40,306 nucleotides of DNA from Octopus bimaculoides (GCF_001194135.2 NC_069004.1:34507037-34547342), one strand, 5' to 3'; shown: positions 24,871 to 37,731, counted from the first letter of the stretch. Notes: generated by a model not told the origin, from the letters alone. Numbers and translations: made by a program.

Positions 24871-25231
24871 ATATATATATATATATACAGGCACGTGCAC
24901 GCGCATTGTCAACTCCAGCCAATATCATTTGCATAAGTGTGAAGTTTATTTGTATTTATGTTCGCTTCTGCAGAGAAACTTCTATGTGTTTACATGCGAC
25001 CCGGAGTCCGAGTTTGTGTTGTTTTGGATTTAAAATTAGGGCAAATATGTGTTATTTTATTGTACACACACACACACACACATATATATATATGATGCTT
25101 GAACAGCATACACTTGCATTTAAACAACACTACGTATGTAGAACCATAGAAAATACTAACAATATACGTACAGAAGCGGGAGAGTAATAAACATTACTTT
25201 ATTAATATATCGTCAATTGTTCAAAAAGACT

Positions 25232-25267
<36 letters not shown>

Positions 25268-25371
25268 ACATAATAATAGCGATAATGCATAATGGACTTG
25301 TAGATATAGACGAGATAATAAGACTAACGTACTTCTCTCTCTCCCCTCTCTCACGTATATACACACATACA

Positions 25372-25405
<34 letters not shown>

Positions 25406-25542
25406 CACGCACACCTGCACACACACTTTCGTATAATTTTACTTTCATCTATACGTACTCATTTACATTCGATTTATTGATGTGCAGATATCGATACATA
25501 TGAATTTGTGCAAATTGAAAGTGTGCGTGTAGTGCTTCTGAG

Positions 25543-25575
<33 letters not shown>

Positions 25576-25711
25576 TTGAGGGAGGGGCATGTGTGGGAAG
25601 GTTGTGATGGTGGTTGTGTTTCCGAATGGGAAAGGAAGAAAAATTAATTTCAAGCTTGTTCTCATTTTACGTTTCGCCTTCTATATGTGTGTATACATAT
25701 ATATGTATACA

Positions 25712-25755
<44 letters not shown>

Positions 25756-25886
25756 NNNNNNNNNNNNNNNNNNNNNNNNNNNNNNNNNNNNNNNNNNNNN
25801 NNNNNNNNNNNNNNNNNNNNNNNNNNNNNNNNNNNNNNNNNNNNNNNNNNNNNNNNNNNNNNNNNNNNNNNNNNNNNNNNNNNNNN
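25756..25886. other. Assembly gap (N run) inside (TA)n
   Basis: N characters. Confidence 1.
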
Positions 25887-25895
25887 TATATTTAC

Positions 25896-25936
<41 letters not shown>

Positions 25937-25985
25937 TACATATATATATAAACACTCACACACACATATATATATACACTCGCAC

Positions 25986-26022
<37 letters not shown>

Positions 26023-26102
26023 TACATACATATATATACACCCACATACAGACATATTTATATATGCACACGTATGATGAATATATTTATAGTTGTAAGT
26101 AT

Positions 26103-26160
26103 TTACTTTCTACTTGTTTCAGTCGTTAGACTGCGGCCAAGCTGGGGCGGTACTTTGAAG
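26103..26160 (-). mobile_element. SINE extreme 3' fragment (same family as 16402)
   Basis: ttctacttgtttcagtcgttagactgcggccaagctggggc matches the start of the 16402 block. Confidence 0.7.
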
Positions 26161-26195
26161 AACCTCAGTCAAACAAAAAAGGATCCGTCAATTCA

Positions 26196-26450
26196 CGCTT
26201 TCAATTCTTAGACCGGGTGGTGTGTTTCATTCTTGAGCAAAACACTTCACCTCACGTTGCCGTGTGATCATTTCGACACCCGATGCGTGAACCTGTACAC
26301 CGTGAACCTGTTCATTAACCGTCGATTTGATGGAGAGACTGAGCTAATGTACCGTACATAAATTTCATTTCTAGAAACAAATTATTTGTGCAGATCATTC
26401 GGCAAAAGCTAAACGATCATGCAACGTCTTCAGCGGAAAAGTCTATCATA
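26196..26450 (+). mobile_element. SINE with a family C-like head and a different body
   Basis: tttcaattcttagaccgggtggtgtg...ttgagcaaaacacttcacctcacg aligns to the C head (tttcgattcccagactgggcgttgtg...ttgagcgaaaacacctaaagctccacg); the downstream part does not match C. Confidence 0.6.
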
Positions 26451-26848
26451 GAAGGAAAGAGAGAAATAGATGTATGTGTGTGTATCTTCAGGTCTGTCGA
26501 TCTATGGCTATAAATGCGTTTCTATTTATGGAGATATGTTGGTGTATGGATTCCTGTTAGCTTCCTTTCATGAGTATTTCATCAACGCTGGAATCGTAAC
26601 TCAGTATGGAAACCGTAAATGTTGAGGATTATGTCAACATGTTCCAATGCTGTTGTTTCTCTACTTCAACGAGTATCGTTTAATGGAGGGAGAATAAGAA
26701 ACATTTATCGAAGTGGCGTGCTGACCCAAACCGGACTTTTGAGATGGTAGACTTCGCTGTTTAAAACCTGTTGTATGTACATGTTGCCGTCATTTACTAA
26801 GGAGACTGAAATATCAATCGAAACACAGCGTGGATTCTACGGAAAACT

Positions 26849-26942
<94 letters not shown>

Positions 26943-27328
26943 ATATATATTTGTGTATATATATATGTATGTATGTACGCATGTATGTGTATGTCAATAT
27001 TTGTACATTTTCATAGCTTCTGCATTTATATATACAGGTACATATTGCATTATATTTTGGGACTCTGCTTTACGTTGTCTAACACTCATCTATTACATAT
27101 AGCTATAACGAAACACATGGAGAATATATAGATGCACGCGGACATGAATACCGATACATACATGGTACAGTACATTCAGATACATACACACACACACATA
27201 TATATATATATGCATCGACACATGGACATTTGTGCGTGTATGTATAAATATATGTATTATATATACACGTAGACATAAGTATGCTATGCGTGTGCATGTG
27301 TATATATTCATGTATGTATGCGTGTGCG

Positions 27329-27398
<70 letters not shown>

Positions 27399-27776
27399 NN
27401 NNNNNNNNNNNNNNNNNNNNNNNNNNNNNNNNNNNNNNNNNNNNNNNNNNNNNNNNNNNNNNNNNNNNNNNNNNNNNNNNNNNNNNNNNNNNNNNNNNNN
27501 NNNNNNNNNNNNNNNNNNNNNNNNNNNNNNNNNNNNNNNNNNNNNNNNNNNNNNNNNNNNNNNNNNNNNNNNNNNNNNNNNNNNNNNNNNNNNNNNNNNN
27601 NNNNNNNNNNNNNNNNNNNNNNNNNNNNNNNNNNNNNNNNNNNNNNNNNNNNNNNNNNNNNNNNNNNNNNNNNNNNNNNNNNNNNNNNNNNNNNNNNNNN
27701 NNNNNNNNNNNNNNNNNNNNNNNNNNNNNNNNNNNNNNNNNNNNNNNNNNNNNNNNNNNNNNNNNNNNNNNNNNNN
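27399..27776. other. Assembly gap (N run) inside (TA)n
   Basis: N characters. Confidence 1.
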
Positions 27777-27818
27777 TATATATATATATATATGCGTGTG
27801 TATAAATATATGTATATA

Positions 27819-27858
<40 letters not shown>

Positions 27859-29020
27859 CCTATTTCCTCCTCTGTTCTCAGCACATCTATTGGCCTCTCG
27901 ATGAGCCAGCCTGGAGCATTTGTCGTGTAGGTTTTTTTTTCTTCCCCTTCTTCCCTTCTAAACCAATTATCCCAGCATACAGCTGTTGTTGCCGAGCAGG
28001 TGTGCACTTATTGTTGAAGAAGAAAAGATCCTCTTGTCTTTTGTAGTGCAGGAAACACATCGACTAACAACAGATGCACAACATTCGTAAAAAATATACA
28101 TAAATATTGTTCAATGAAAAATAAGGAAAAATATGGCGGCGAAACAAAAGGATACACGAGAAAGGGACAATGAGATGTTACATATAATTGTGCAGACGTT
28201 TATATGCAACTGTGCATGTTTTGTGTTATGAGTATTGCATTTCAGCAGAGACGCCTGCATTCCTTTGCAGTCTATCGGTTGTTTTCTGTGTTTTTTTTTT
28301 TTTTCTGTTTGGGGGTAGCTGCGTCTGCCTGTTTCTCCATTCTGTTTGTTTCGAACTGTCTTTCTCTCCGTCTCTCTCTATTTTGCTTCTTGTCGGATTT
28401 TCTCCTTTGCTATTTGCTCGATCAGAAATCGTGCCTTTGTCTCTGTGTGAGACGGAAAATATGCGTATGGAGGTTGACTGTGTGTGTACAGGCGAGTGTG
28501 TGAGTTTGTGTATATATGTGTGAGTGAGTGAGTTTAGATGTGACCTAAGTTTCTTTTGTCTACTTGGCTCTTACTCTCTTTCAATGTTCACAGACGTGTG
28601 CATGTCTGTATTAAGGAACCCATAGCCATAGGATTAAGTTATCTGAAAAATATTATATTCAGCAGGCATAAGGTGAAAGTTGCAGATATCAACACAGCGG
28701 CCTGTACGTTACGCACAAATGCATACATATATATTTGCCCGAACACATACATATATGTGATACTGTCTTACAAGTTCAAAATCTCTCTCCCTGATGAAGT
28801 ATCAATCCCAAAACGTCATATTCTACCTCTCTTCTCTCTATAACATACAAATTTATTCAGATTTTATAGATTTAATTTAACATTTGCCGATGCCGAACAT
28901 CACCAATTGCGTTAGTATTTTTCAACGTTATCTGGTTTTAACACTCGCCATCTCACTCTCTGTAGCAGCAATTACAATACAAAAAAAAAAACAAGACAAA
29001 CTGTTGCATGAGCCTGGGCA

Positions 29021-29023
<3 letters not shown>

Positions 29024-29113
<90 letters not shown>
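29024..29113. repeat. Pure (GT)n microsatellite, about 90 bp
   Basis: Direct reading; the longest uninterrupted GT tract in the window. Confidence 0.95.
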
Positions 29114-29117
<4 letters not shown>

Positions 29118-29307
29118 GTCTGTGTGGTTCAGTATATGTTTGTTAACATATTGTCGTTTGTGTATGGTACGCTCTGTGTTTATATGAAGCTGTGTGAATC
29201 TGTTTGTGGAAGTATGTGTGTGGTTTATTTGTGGTTTATCTATCGCTGTACTCATATGTCTGTATGCAAATCTCTCACTCTCTCCCATACATACATACAT
29301 ACATATA

Positions 29308-29672
29308 TCGTGGTACTCCGTCGGTTACGACGGCGTGGGTTCCAGCCTGCCCGTGAAATTAACGTGCAAATGGCTGAGCACTCCACAGACACGTGTACCC
29401 TTGATGTAGTTCTCAGGGAGATTCAGCGTGACACAGAGTGTGACAAGGCTGGCCCCTTTGAATTACAGGTACAACAGAAACAGGAAGAAAGAGTGAGACA
29501 AAGATGTGGTGAAAGAGTACAGCAGGGTTCGCTACAAGTTCCTGCCGGAGCCTCGTGGAGCTTTAGGTGTTTTCGCTCAATAAACACTCACAACGCCCAG
29601 TCTGGGAATCGAAACCGTGATCCTGTGACTGAGAGTCCGCTGCCCTAACCACTGGGCAATTGCACCTCCACA
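29308..29672 (-). mobile_element. tRNA-derived SINE family C, copy 2
   Basis: Colinear with 15141-15508 (shared ctgagcactccacagacacgtgtaccctt...gtgacacagagtgtgacaaggctggcccc...gagtccgctgccctaaccactggg). Confidence 0.92.
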
Positions 29673-30104
29673 TACCTACATAAGAATTCTGTCAAACACG
29701 CCTAATCTATCGGTTTGTCTGTATTTTCCTTTTATGTTTACTTCTGCCTGTCTACCTTTGTGGATAAGTCTGCATCGGAGTATATATACGTATGTGAGAT
29801 TTTGCGATGTGTACATGTAAAGTGGTTTTAGCTTACGTCTCTTTATTTATTTTTTAAAATTTATATATCTGTGCACCCATCAATCTGTCTATGGTAATTC
29901 CTTTGTATCCCCTAACAACCAGAATCTGAAAAATTACAGTCAACAAACACACAAACAAACAAACAAACAAATAAAAACCAACCAAAACACAAAACAACCA
30001 CATCACAATCACAAATAAAGGTGTAGATTAATCACTGACGAACAACACCTCGCGATGACAAGACTCCACTTAACTCGAAATCTTTTGAAGAATACATTCC
30101 ACTC

Positions 30105-30430
30105 ACACTGTTGTTGTTGTTGTTGTTGTTGTTGTTGTCAATATCATCATTATTATTATTATTATTACAATCATCACGATTATTATTATTATTATTAGTA
30201 ATAGTATAGTAGTAAATAAAGAAAACGTTATTATATTATTATTAGCTTTATTATTTAACAATATGTCTTCCTCTTCTCTGAAAGGCAAAAATTACCAGAA
30301 TGACTATACTACAACCACCACCACCACCACTGCCGCCGCTACTATCAGCAGCAGCAACAACACCGCCACCACCGTCAACAACAACAGCAACAACAACAAC
30401 AACACCACCACCACCACCACCGTTACCCAC
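30105..30430. repeat. Triplet-repeat cluster (GTT)n, (ATT)n, (CCA)n, (CAA)n
   Basis: Direct reading; the poly-T/N/P ORFs here are short and made only of repeats. Confidence 0.85.
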
Positions 30431-30735
30431 ACCGCCATCTCCCGTTACAAAGAACCACTACAATAAACAGCAACAGGCCCCAAAATAATGAACGATATAG
30501 GCCATTCTCACCGAAATAATGCATAATAAAAGACTTTACATTTAAAGCAATATATACAAAAAAAAACCAAACAACAACAAAAAAAAAAGAGAACGCAGTA
30601 AACAAACAATAAAATAAAAACAAATTCTAAAACAGAAACATACAAATATGGCTGCCTCTTCGGTGAGTGGTTTTATCTATTTATCTATATAATTTCGCAG
30701 CGCCCACACAGACACATATATATACACACACACTA

Positions 30736-30787
<52 letters not shown>

Positions 30788-30899
30788 CAAACACATTAGA
30801 GATGCTGGTATCATTAATCATAAGACGTGACTTTCTGATATTTATATTAGACTCTTGTCATATACCTGTATTTCCGTGTTTGTGAGTTTGTAAATATGC

Positions 30900-30946
<47 letters not shown>

Positions 30947-31719
30947 TGTAAATTTGCTTGCATATATATATGTGTGTAAATATGTATATATGCATGTGTG
31001 TGTGTGTGTGTAAATGTGCATATGTATATATATGTGTGTAAATATGCCTTTATATATGTGTTGTGAATGTATGTTTGTGAATGTAAGACTACATTATATA
31101 TTTGCATTATATATATGTATTTATAGAAACACACACACTCACACACACACATACACACACACACACATGGTCCATTGAATCTGCTTCTCTCATTGTTTGA
31201 TCAGGTGGTGCTATAGTGTTGTTGCTGTTGTTAGTGGTGGTCGTGGAGGGGGGGGGCGCGGGAGTTGTAATGGTGCAGCAGCAGTTCTTCTCAATATTGG
31301 TGGAACCACTACCAAATCTTTTATTATTATTCTTTGCATTGACCAATTCCATCGTTGATGTTTTGTTTTTTTTTGTTATTTGTTCTTGGTCTCGTTGTGG
31401 TTTCTCGTAATTTTTATGGTGTTTTTTTTTTAATCTTTTCTTTTGTAATTTTCTTTTTTTTTTTCATATACATTTGTTTTTTTTTGTTTGTTTTTTTAAT
31501 TTTCCGGACCGAAAATGTTTATGTATTCTTTTATAGATGGTCGTTGATGATGGCGTTTCTTGTTATTAAGTATGTCTGTTGTGTTACCGTTGTTGCCGTT
31601 AGCTTTGCTGTTGTGTTTAAATGCGAAAATAAACGACTTCCAAGACAGGTGAAACTGAACATCACCAAGCAACACCAATAATAGAAGATGTTGACTACAA
31701 CGCCAAAAATACAAACGAC

Positions 31720-31925
31720 GTTGATAACAACAACAACAACAACAACAACAACACCTACTACTACTACTGCTACTACTACTACTACTACTACTACTACTGC
31801 TATCAATAAAGTCATCTTATTACTTTCTTGTTGCCGTGTATCAGTTGTTAGTTTTTGTAATTTTTGTTGTTCTCCCTACCGGAGAAGTAGTAGTCATAGT
31901 AGTAGTGGCTGTAGTAGTAGTAGTA
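31720..31925. repeat. Triplet-repeat cluster (CAA)n, (CTA)n, (TAG)n
   Basis: Direct reading. Confidence 0.85.
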
Positions 31926-32177
31926 AAACTAAATCAGGAAATGGTCACTTAGCATTTTACCATTTGTAGTTTAGAGTACGTTGTAATCTGTTCTGAAGCC
32001 ATCTTTTCGTTATTCGAAAGTGGGGAGGGCGATATTTCCCCTATATCGAATTTGTGAACTTTCTCCAACTGTTTGCAGATAGCAACCTCTGTTTTTCGAC
32101 CCTGTGCTGTGCCCTTTCTACTACTACTATAGTATTATTATTATTAATAATAATAATAATAATAATAATATCATATA

Positions 32178-32296
32178 AGTGCTGGCGTGGCCGTGAAGTT
32201 AAGAAGTTAGTTTCCTATTTACATGTTCTGATGACGAGTTCGTGGGCAACTAATGTGTTGTGAATAAAATCAGTAATGGAAAATTGTGCGGAAGCC
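32178..32296 (+). mobile_element. SINE family B head, degenerate and internally deleted
   Basis: ggcgtggccgtgaagttaagaagttagtttcc resembles the B head at 34770-34899; ggaaaattgtgcggaagcc resembles the pre-microsatellite end of B. Confidence 0.5.
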
Positions 32297-32796
32297 TAAC
32301 GTTGAATGATGTCCTCCCTCTCGCTCGCTCTCTGCACGTGAAAACATCATTATATTAATAATGAGAATTCGTAAAATACGTTTATGTCAACAAGTTTTTT
32401 TTTTCATCTGAACCAAACGTTTTTATCTAATCAGTCTAAAATATTCTTTGGATTGTACGAATGTTACATTATTCTAAAACACCACAAAAATTATACCCCT
32501 GTGGAGGAAGAATTTTATTGGATATGTAATATTGATTGCGGAAGATGTGGGATGATTGTGAAGTTGGTGACAGTCGTTATTTGGAGCAAAATAAATATGG
32601 AGACGAGGTAATGGATTGTCTTATTCCGAGTCTTTCTATTTGGGTTCTGATTTGTGCTGCCGTCATCTCTATGTAAACCACCGTCATCTCTATGTAGAGT
32701 CATATCTAACTCTCCTTTTCATTTGGGGCATTATAAATAATTCGATGATGTCACTTGCTTCCTTAGACACACACACACACACATGTATATGTTTGT

Positions 32797-32842
<46 letters not shown>

Positions 32843-33392
32843 TATATATATATATATGTGTGTATGTATATACATATATATCTATGAATGTATATATAAT
32901 ATGGGTGTGTGTATTTATATGCAAATGTGCGTATACATATACATTAAGATATAGCTTCGTTTCATCACGAATCTTTTTTACTTTTTCTTATTCCTATTCA
33001 CTTCCGTGCTAATAATCATTTATCTTCTAAAGAATCCGGCCGTCGATTATTCTCCATTTTAATTGTCTTATCTTTCCTCTCTCGCTGCCATGAAATGTTA
33101 TTGTCACGGCATCTTCGCTGTCAAGTGATCTGCGAATAATTATTTCCGGTTTTTTCTTCGTCTTCTTCCTCCTCCTCCTTTATATTCTCCATTTTCTTCA
33201 ATAAGAATTGGTCTCAGAACTAACTAATCTACTAGAAATTCTTTGATTGTATACTGACTGCACTGACAAGCAAAGAAAAAGCGACACAAAAAATTGCAAT
33301 GCTTGTCTAGAATGGAAAATATATCGGACAGATTATTTGATTGTTAATCTGACTATTTCTCATTATCTTGTCTCAAAAAATGTTGTTGCTCT

Positions 33393-33470
33393 TGTTTAGC
33401 CTAAGGCCTGGCCCGATCGAGATGACCTTTGATCAAAGGACTTTAGGCCACTGCAACCCCAGCTTTTCTT
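33393..33470 (+). mobile_element. Repeat E, degenerate copy
   Basis: gtttagcctaaggcctggcccgatcgagatgacctttgatcaaagg...; loosely similar to 8600-8685, both starting after a GTT-rich run. Confidence 0.4.
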
Positions 33471-34689
33471 TCTGAAATGTGTTTACAGGGACAAATTATG
33501 AGTTTTTATTTATTTACTTATTTTTGTTTTGACAGAAACGTTTAGTACAAGGGCAGCTATGTTCGGACATTGCATATCTAGGACAAAGTTAGACAACATG
33601 ACTTTCTCTGTTTAAAGTAAACAAAGAGATATGTGATTGGTATTTCCAGCAGGTTGTGTTGCCAGTTAGGAGAATCACTTTCTGAGGCCTGAATCCATAC
33701 AAACTGAACGCGTCTTATCTATCTGTCTGGTTGCCTGCCTCTCCGTCCGTCCATCCAATCTGTCTGTCTGTCTGTCTATCTATCTCTTTCTATCTAATCT
33801 TACCTATCCGTGCGTGTGTTGTCGTTCGAAGCCGCTCTTGAATCACTCTGCTCCATCCTTATTCCAATTATTTATCTTCTAGGATATGTTTAGGTTATAA
33901 AAAAATGAAATGAACTTGTAGGGGTTCGCCGCTGAGCAAGTCACTGTATAAAACACTATATAGTTCTCTCCCTCTCTGTCATTCTTCTTGCCCAATTCCA
34001 TCAACCTGTTTGTGTCCATTTGTGACCACCTCTACGTCTGAGTCATCCAATAAAATCGAAAATAGCAACATCTCTTGTCCTGCCACAACAGTCAAAACAA
34101 AATAAAGCGAACCACAACAACAACAACAACAGCAACAACGACAACAATCAAAATGCCGGATGGAAACGCTTGGTGTGTGTTAAATATGGCGGAAGGTTGA
34201 AGTCGTTGAAGTAGTCAGCGTTAGGGATGGGTAAGGATGTGTGAGGGCGTATATGGGAATGGGGATTTGATGTGTGTGTGAGTGTTAAATGTGCATACGT
34301 GTAACTGTGTCTCTATGCGTAAGAAAATGTATGTGTATAACTGTGTATGTGTAAATATGTGTGTGAGAGAATGTGTATGCCTGTTGCTTTATGGGTGCAT
34401 GCGTAAGAAAATGTATGTCTGTGTGTGTGTGTAGGAATGTGTATACGTGTAGCTGTGTGTGTGTAAATCTAGGTTGGATGGAGTGTATGTATTAGCATGC
34501 GTGTGTTTGCGCATGACTATGTGTGCGTGTGTGTTTGAATATGTGCGTAGGTATGTGAGCGACTGTATGAGTGTGTATGCTGAATGCAGAGTAAAATATA
34601 CAAGTAGAAAACGCCGAAGGACAAGAGAAAAAAAAAAACAAGAGGAAAAACAACAATTCCAAACATAAAAACCATGAAATATAAATAAC

Positions 34690-34746
34690 AGAAGTTTGCT
34701 TTCCAACTGCATGGTTCCGGGTTCAGTACCACTGTGTGGCACCTTG
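34690..34746 (+). mobile_element. SINE family B head fragment
   Basis: agaagtttgctttccaactgcatggttccgggttcagtaccactgtgtggcaccttg. Confidence 0.85.
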
Positions 34747-34769
34747 TTTATGTATTTATATAGAAATTA

Positions 34770-34899
34770 CGTCTACCAAATCCATTCACAAGGCTTTGGT
34801 AGGATCGAGGCTACAATACTGGTCCAATGAGCCGCGCAGTGGGACTGAACTCGGAAACATTAGGCTGGGAAGCAAACTTCTTACCAAGCAACCACGCCT
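34770..34899 (-). mobile_element. SINE family B 5' half
   Basis: Reverse complement aggcgtggttgcttggtaagaagtttgcttcccagcc...gagttcagtcccactgcgcggc...aaagccttgtgaatggatttggtagacg. Confidence 0.88.
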
Positions 34900-34995
34900 A
34901 TCTATCTATCTATCTTTCTCTCTTTCATATATATATATTTACAGAGAGAGAGGGGAGAGAGAGTCAGAAAGAGATACAGACAGAGAGTGACAGAC

Positions 34996-35015
34996 AGATA
35001 GATAGATAGATAGAT

Positions 35016-35069
<54 letters not shown>

Positions 35070-35089
35070 GGAGAGATAGATAGATGGAG

Positions 35090-35145
<56 letters not shown>

Positions 35146-35170
35146 GGTCAGATAGATAGATAGACAGATA
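34996..35170. repeat. (GATA)n tetranucleotide microsatellite
   Basis: Direct reading. Confidence 0.95.
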
Positions 35171-36051
35171 GAAATCGATAAATGGATAGACAGATGCGCC
35201 ACCTTTTGCCTACCGAATACATCAACTAACCAAATCAACCAAATCAACACTTTGTCGTCAGGAGAATATCTTCTAACAGAGTAAATGAAATTTCACGCAC
35301 GTTTTTGTCAACAGATCGTCGTGGAACTCGCCTCCCAGCACCATTTAATTAACTCCTGATGATGCTCTTAATCACATACAAACGGCAATCTTGGAAGACA
35401 ACGCAAAATTTACATAGCAACTGTGTTCTAGCGTCATCTGTATTACAACTAACAAGTCAGTTGCTTAGTAACTATACATAATTAAACACTATGTCTATTT
35501 ACATTTGTTTCGGGGTTCTGTTGGTTGGCTGTGTGAATATGGTTTCTTTGTGTTTTTGTGCTTTATTTTAGTTTTTGTGAGAGGTTTTGTTGTTCTTTTT
35601 TTATGCTGTGACTAAGATATGTTTGGTCACCTGAAATGTTAGTGCCGTTGACCATGTTAAGACAAGTCATTATTGAAGTGGTCGGTCATCATTCGACGGA
35701 AAATCAGATTGAGCTATTTCTTAACACGTCTGTAGCGTGGTTAATGGACGGATACACGCACACACAGAGAAACCTCCTTCCCTACCACATTTCTCACTTA
35801 ATTCTTAATAAAGTATCAGTTATTCAGAAACGAACAAGCAAGGTGTTTGGTGCACCCTTGTTTATACATCTTGCAAACATAATCTTTATATGCACTCAAC
35901 ACCAGTCGATAATTGCGGGAGCCTGCTTCATAGAGAAAGGGCTTCTGCTCCCCAACTCACCGCCAAATAATTTTTATCTTCTGAATTTTTTAATCGAGCA
36001 ACGAAACATCACTTATTCAGAACCCCCATTAGGGCCTGCCTCTCTCTTTCG

Positions 36052-36083
<32 letters not shown>

Positions 36084-36140
36084 ACAGGAATGGCAGCAAA
36101 AGAAAGAAAGAGACCTCGATATTATGCAAATAGAGGAATT

Positions 36141-36358
36141 TATCTGAAAAAATGTGACACTTATTCAGTAGCCATGATAAAACTCCGAGGTTCGTATGCC
36201 AGGGTGGGGGGTCCACTCCAACATCTCTTCAGAATTTTTCAAAGGAATTTCCAGTGGCTGGATAACTGAAGAGATGTTGGAGTGGACACCCACCCTGTCA
36301 TCCGAAACTCGGAGTTTTATCATGGCTACTGAATAAGTGTCACATATTTTTACAGATA
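36141..36358. repeat. Near-perfect ~90-bp inverted repeat with a 33-nt spacer (MITE-like or hairpin locus)
   Basis: Arm 36141-36232 pairs with 36266-36358. Perfect blocks of 38 bp (36152-36189/36308-36345) and 22 bp (36211-36232/36266-36287). The ORF track shows the same peptide CDTYSVAMIKLR on both strands. Confidence 0.95.
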
Positions 36359-36373
36359 TGTGTGTGTGTGTGT

Positions 36374-36410
<37 letters not shown>

Positions 36411-36479
36411 GGAGATAGTATACAAGCATCGCATACGAAAAGCGTGAAGCTGATTGATGTGCTTTCGGTGCAAAATCGG

Positions 36480-36660
36480 GGATCCAGCACCATAGTTTGT
36501 TTAGGTCCCATTAACTTAGCAGATTATTAATAAAAGACTGATAGAATAAGTACCAAACTTGATAAAAGAAAATAATTCCTGGAGTGGGTTTGTTCGATGA
36601 AAATCTGACAGTGCTCCAACATGGCTACAGCCAAATGACTAAAACAAGTAAGAGGTAAAA
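36480..36660 (+). mobile_element. SINE 3' segment (same family as 16402), degenerate
   Basis: gatagaataagtacc...tttgttcgat...gtgctccaacatggctacagccaaatgactaaaacaagtaagag is the reverse complement of the 16402 block. Confidence 0.8.
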
Positions 36661-37246
36661 ACACGAAACGTAATTATTTCTGATCGACAACGCTGCTTCA
36701 GTTTACAAGTGTAACTCGAATCATCGCAGCGCTCGCTTATGTAACTACTTAAATAATGGACACGAAACGACGGCGGTTTTCAAGCACAACATAAAACGGC
36801 GAACTAATTTTTTTTTGGTTTTGGTTTTGGTTTTTTCGACAAATTGAATCTATAATGCAATAAAGAGAAGTGTGAAAATATGCAAGATATAGCTCACGAT
36901 TACTGCTTGCTGTTATCTAAATTTCTCCGATCGAGCTTTTATGTCTTTGCTAAAACACCGACACCTTTTCTTTCTCTTTATTTTTTGCTCACAAAAACAA
37001 TCCAAAGAATATATAAAAGAAAGACACACACACACACACACATATATATATAAACACATCTACGTACACGCACATACACACAATAGCACACTTCATTGCT
37101 GTCACAGTTTTTACATCAAAAAATTTGATTGTAGTTCTTGTATCTCAAGTAATGTTTACTATACTTCATGGTTGTATATCAACATCACTTATCACACGCG
37201 GTCCTCCACAACCTTCGCCACCATCTATTTGCGTAGATTCCTCATC

Positions 37247-37297
<51 letters not shown>

Positions 37298-37427
37298 TAT
37301 TTCTCCTCGGTTGTCCTTCTTGAAGGCTCCTTCAATTAGTCCTTACAACGTCCTCATTATTTATGATTTTAGCTGCATTTTTATCTGCTACCTCTGTCGT
37401 TTGTGTCTTTCGTCATTTATTTACAGC

Positions 37428-37469
<42 letters not shown>

Positions 37470-37675
37470 ATGTGTGAATATGTGTATATATATATGTGTG
37501 TGTGTATATGCATGTACATATATGCTTACATACTTATATGCGTGTTTATATATATGCGAGTATGTGTGTGTGAATTTCATTTGCTTAATTCTATTTGTTT
37601 ATATTTAACATTCATTATCACAATTTTTCTACTTTCACTTTCGTTTTTCAGTTCAGCAGCCATTCTCTCATCATG

Positions 37676-37731
<56 letters not shown>

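Noticed and set aside
24918-24935. Adjacent CCAAT and octamer ATTTGCAT
   Set aside because: Short AT-rich motifs with no downstream snRNA or histone gene to support them.
27886-27930. Possible 45-nt exon (ctgttctcag|...|gtaggt, HIYWPLDEPAWSICR)
   Set aside because: Weak donor context and no recognisable peptide; similar signals arise by chance.
30263-30488. Poly-Thr/Asn/Pro ORFs resembling low-complexity exons
   Set aside because: Short, made entirely of triplet repeats, several frames open at once and no splice support.
34152-34200. caaaATGccggatgg as a start exon
   Set aside because: The ORF is only 15 codons, the only nearby donor-like site is weak (tg|gtgtgt) and nothing else supports it.
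35357-35390. ctgatgatgctc...caaacgg as a hammerhead core
   Set aside because: No GAAA and no pairable stems; the same holds for ctgatga at 32228 and 40139.
35636-36133. 165-aa plus-strand ORF in fairly complex sequence
   Set aside because: It starts at a non-ATG codon, has no recognisable motif, runs into (TA)n and has no convincing splice sites.
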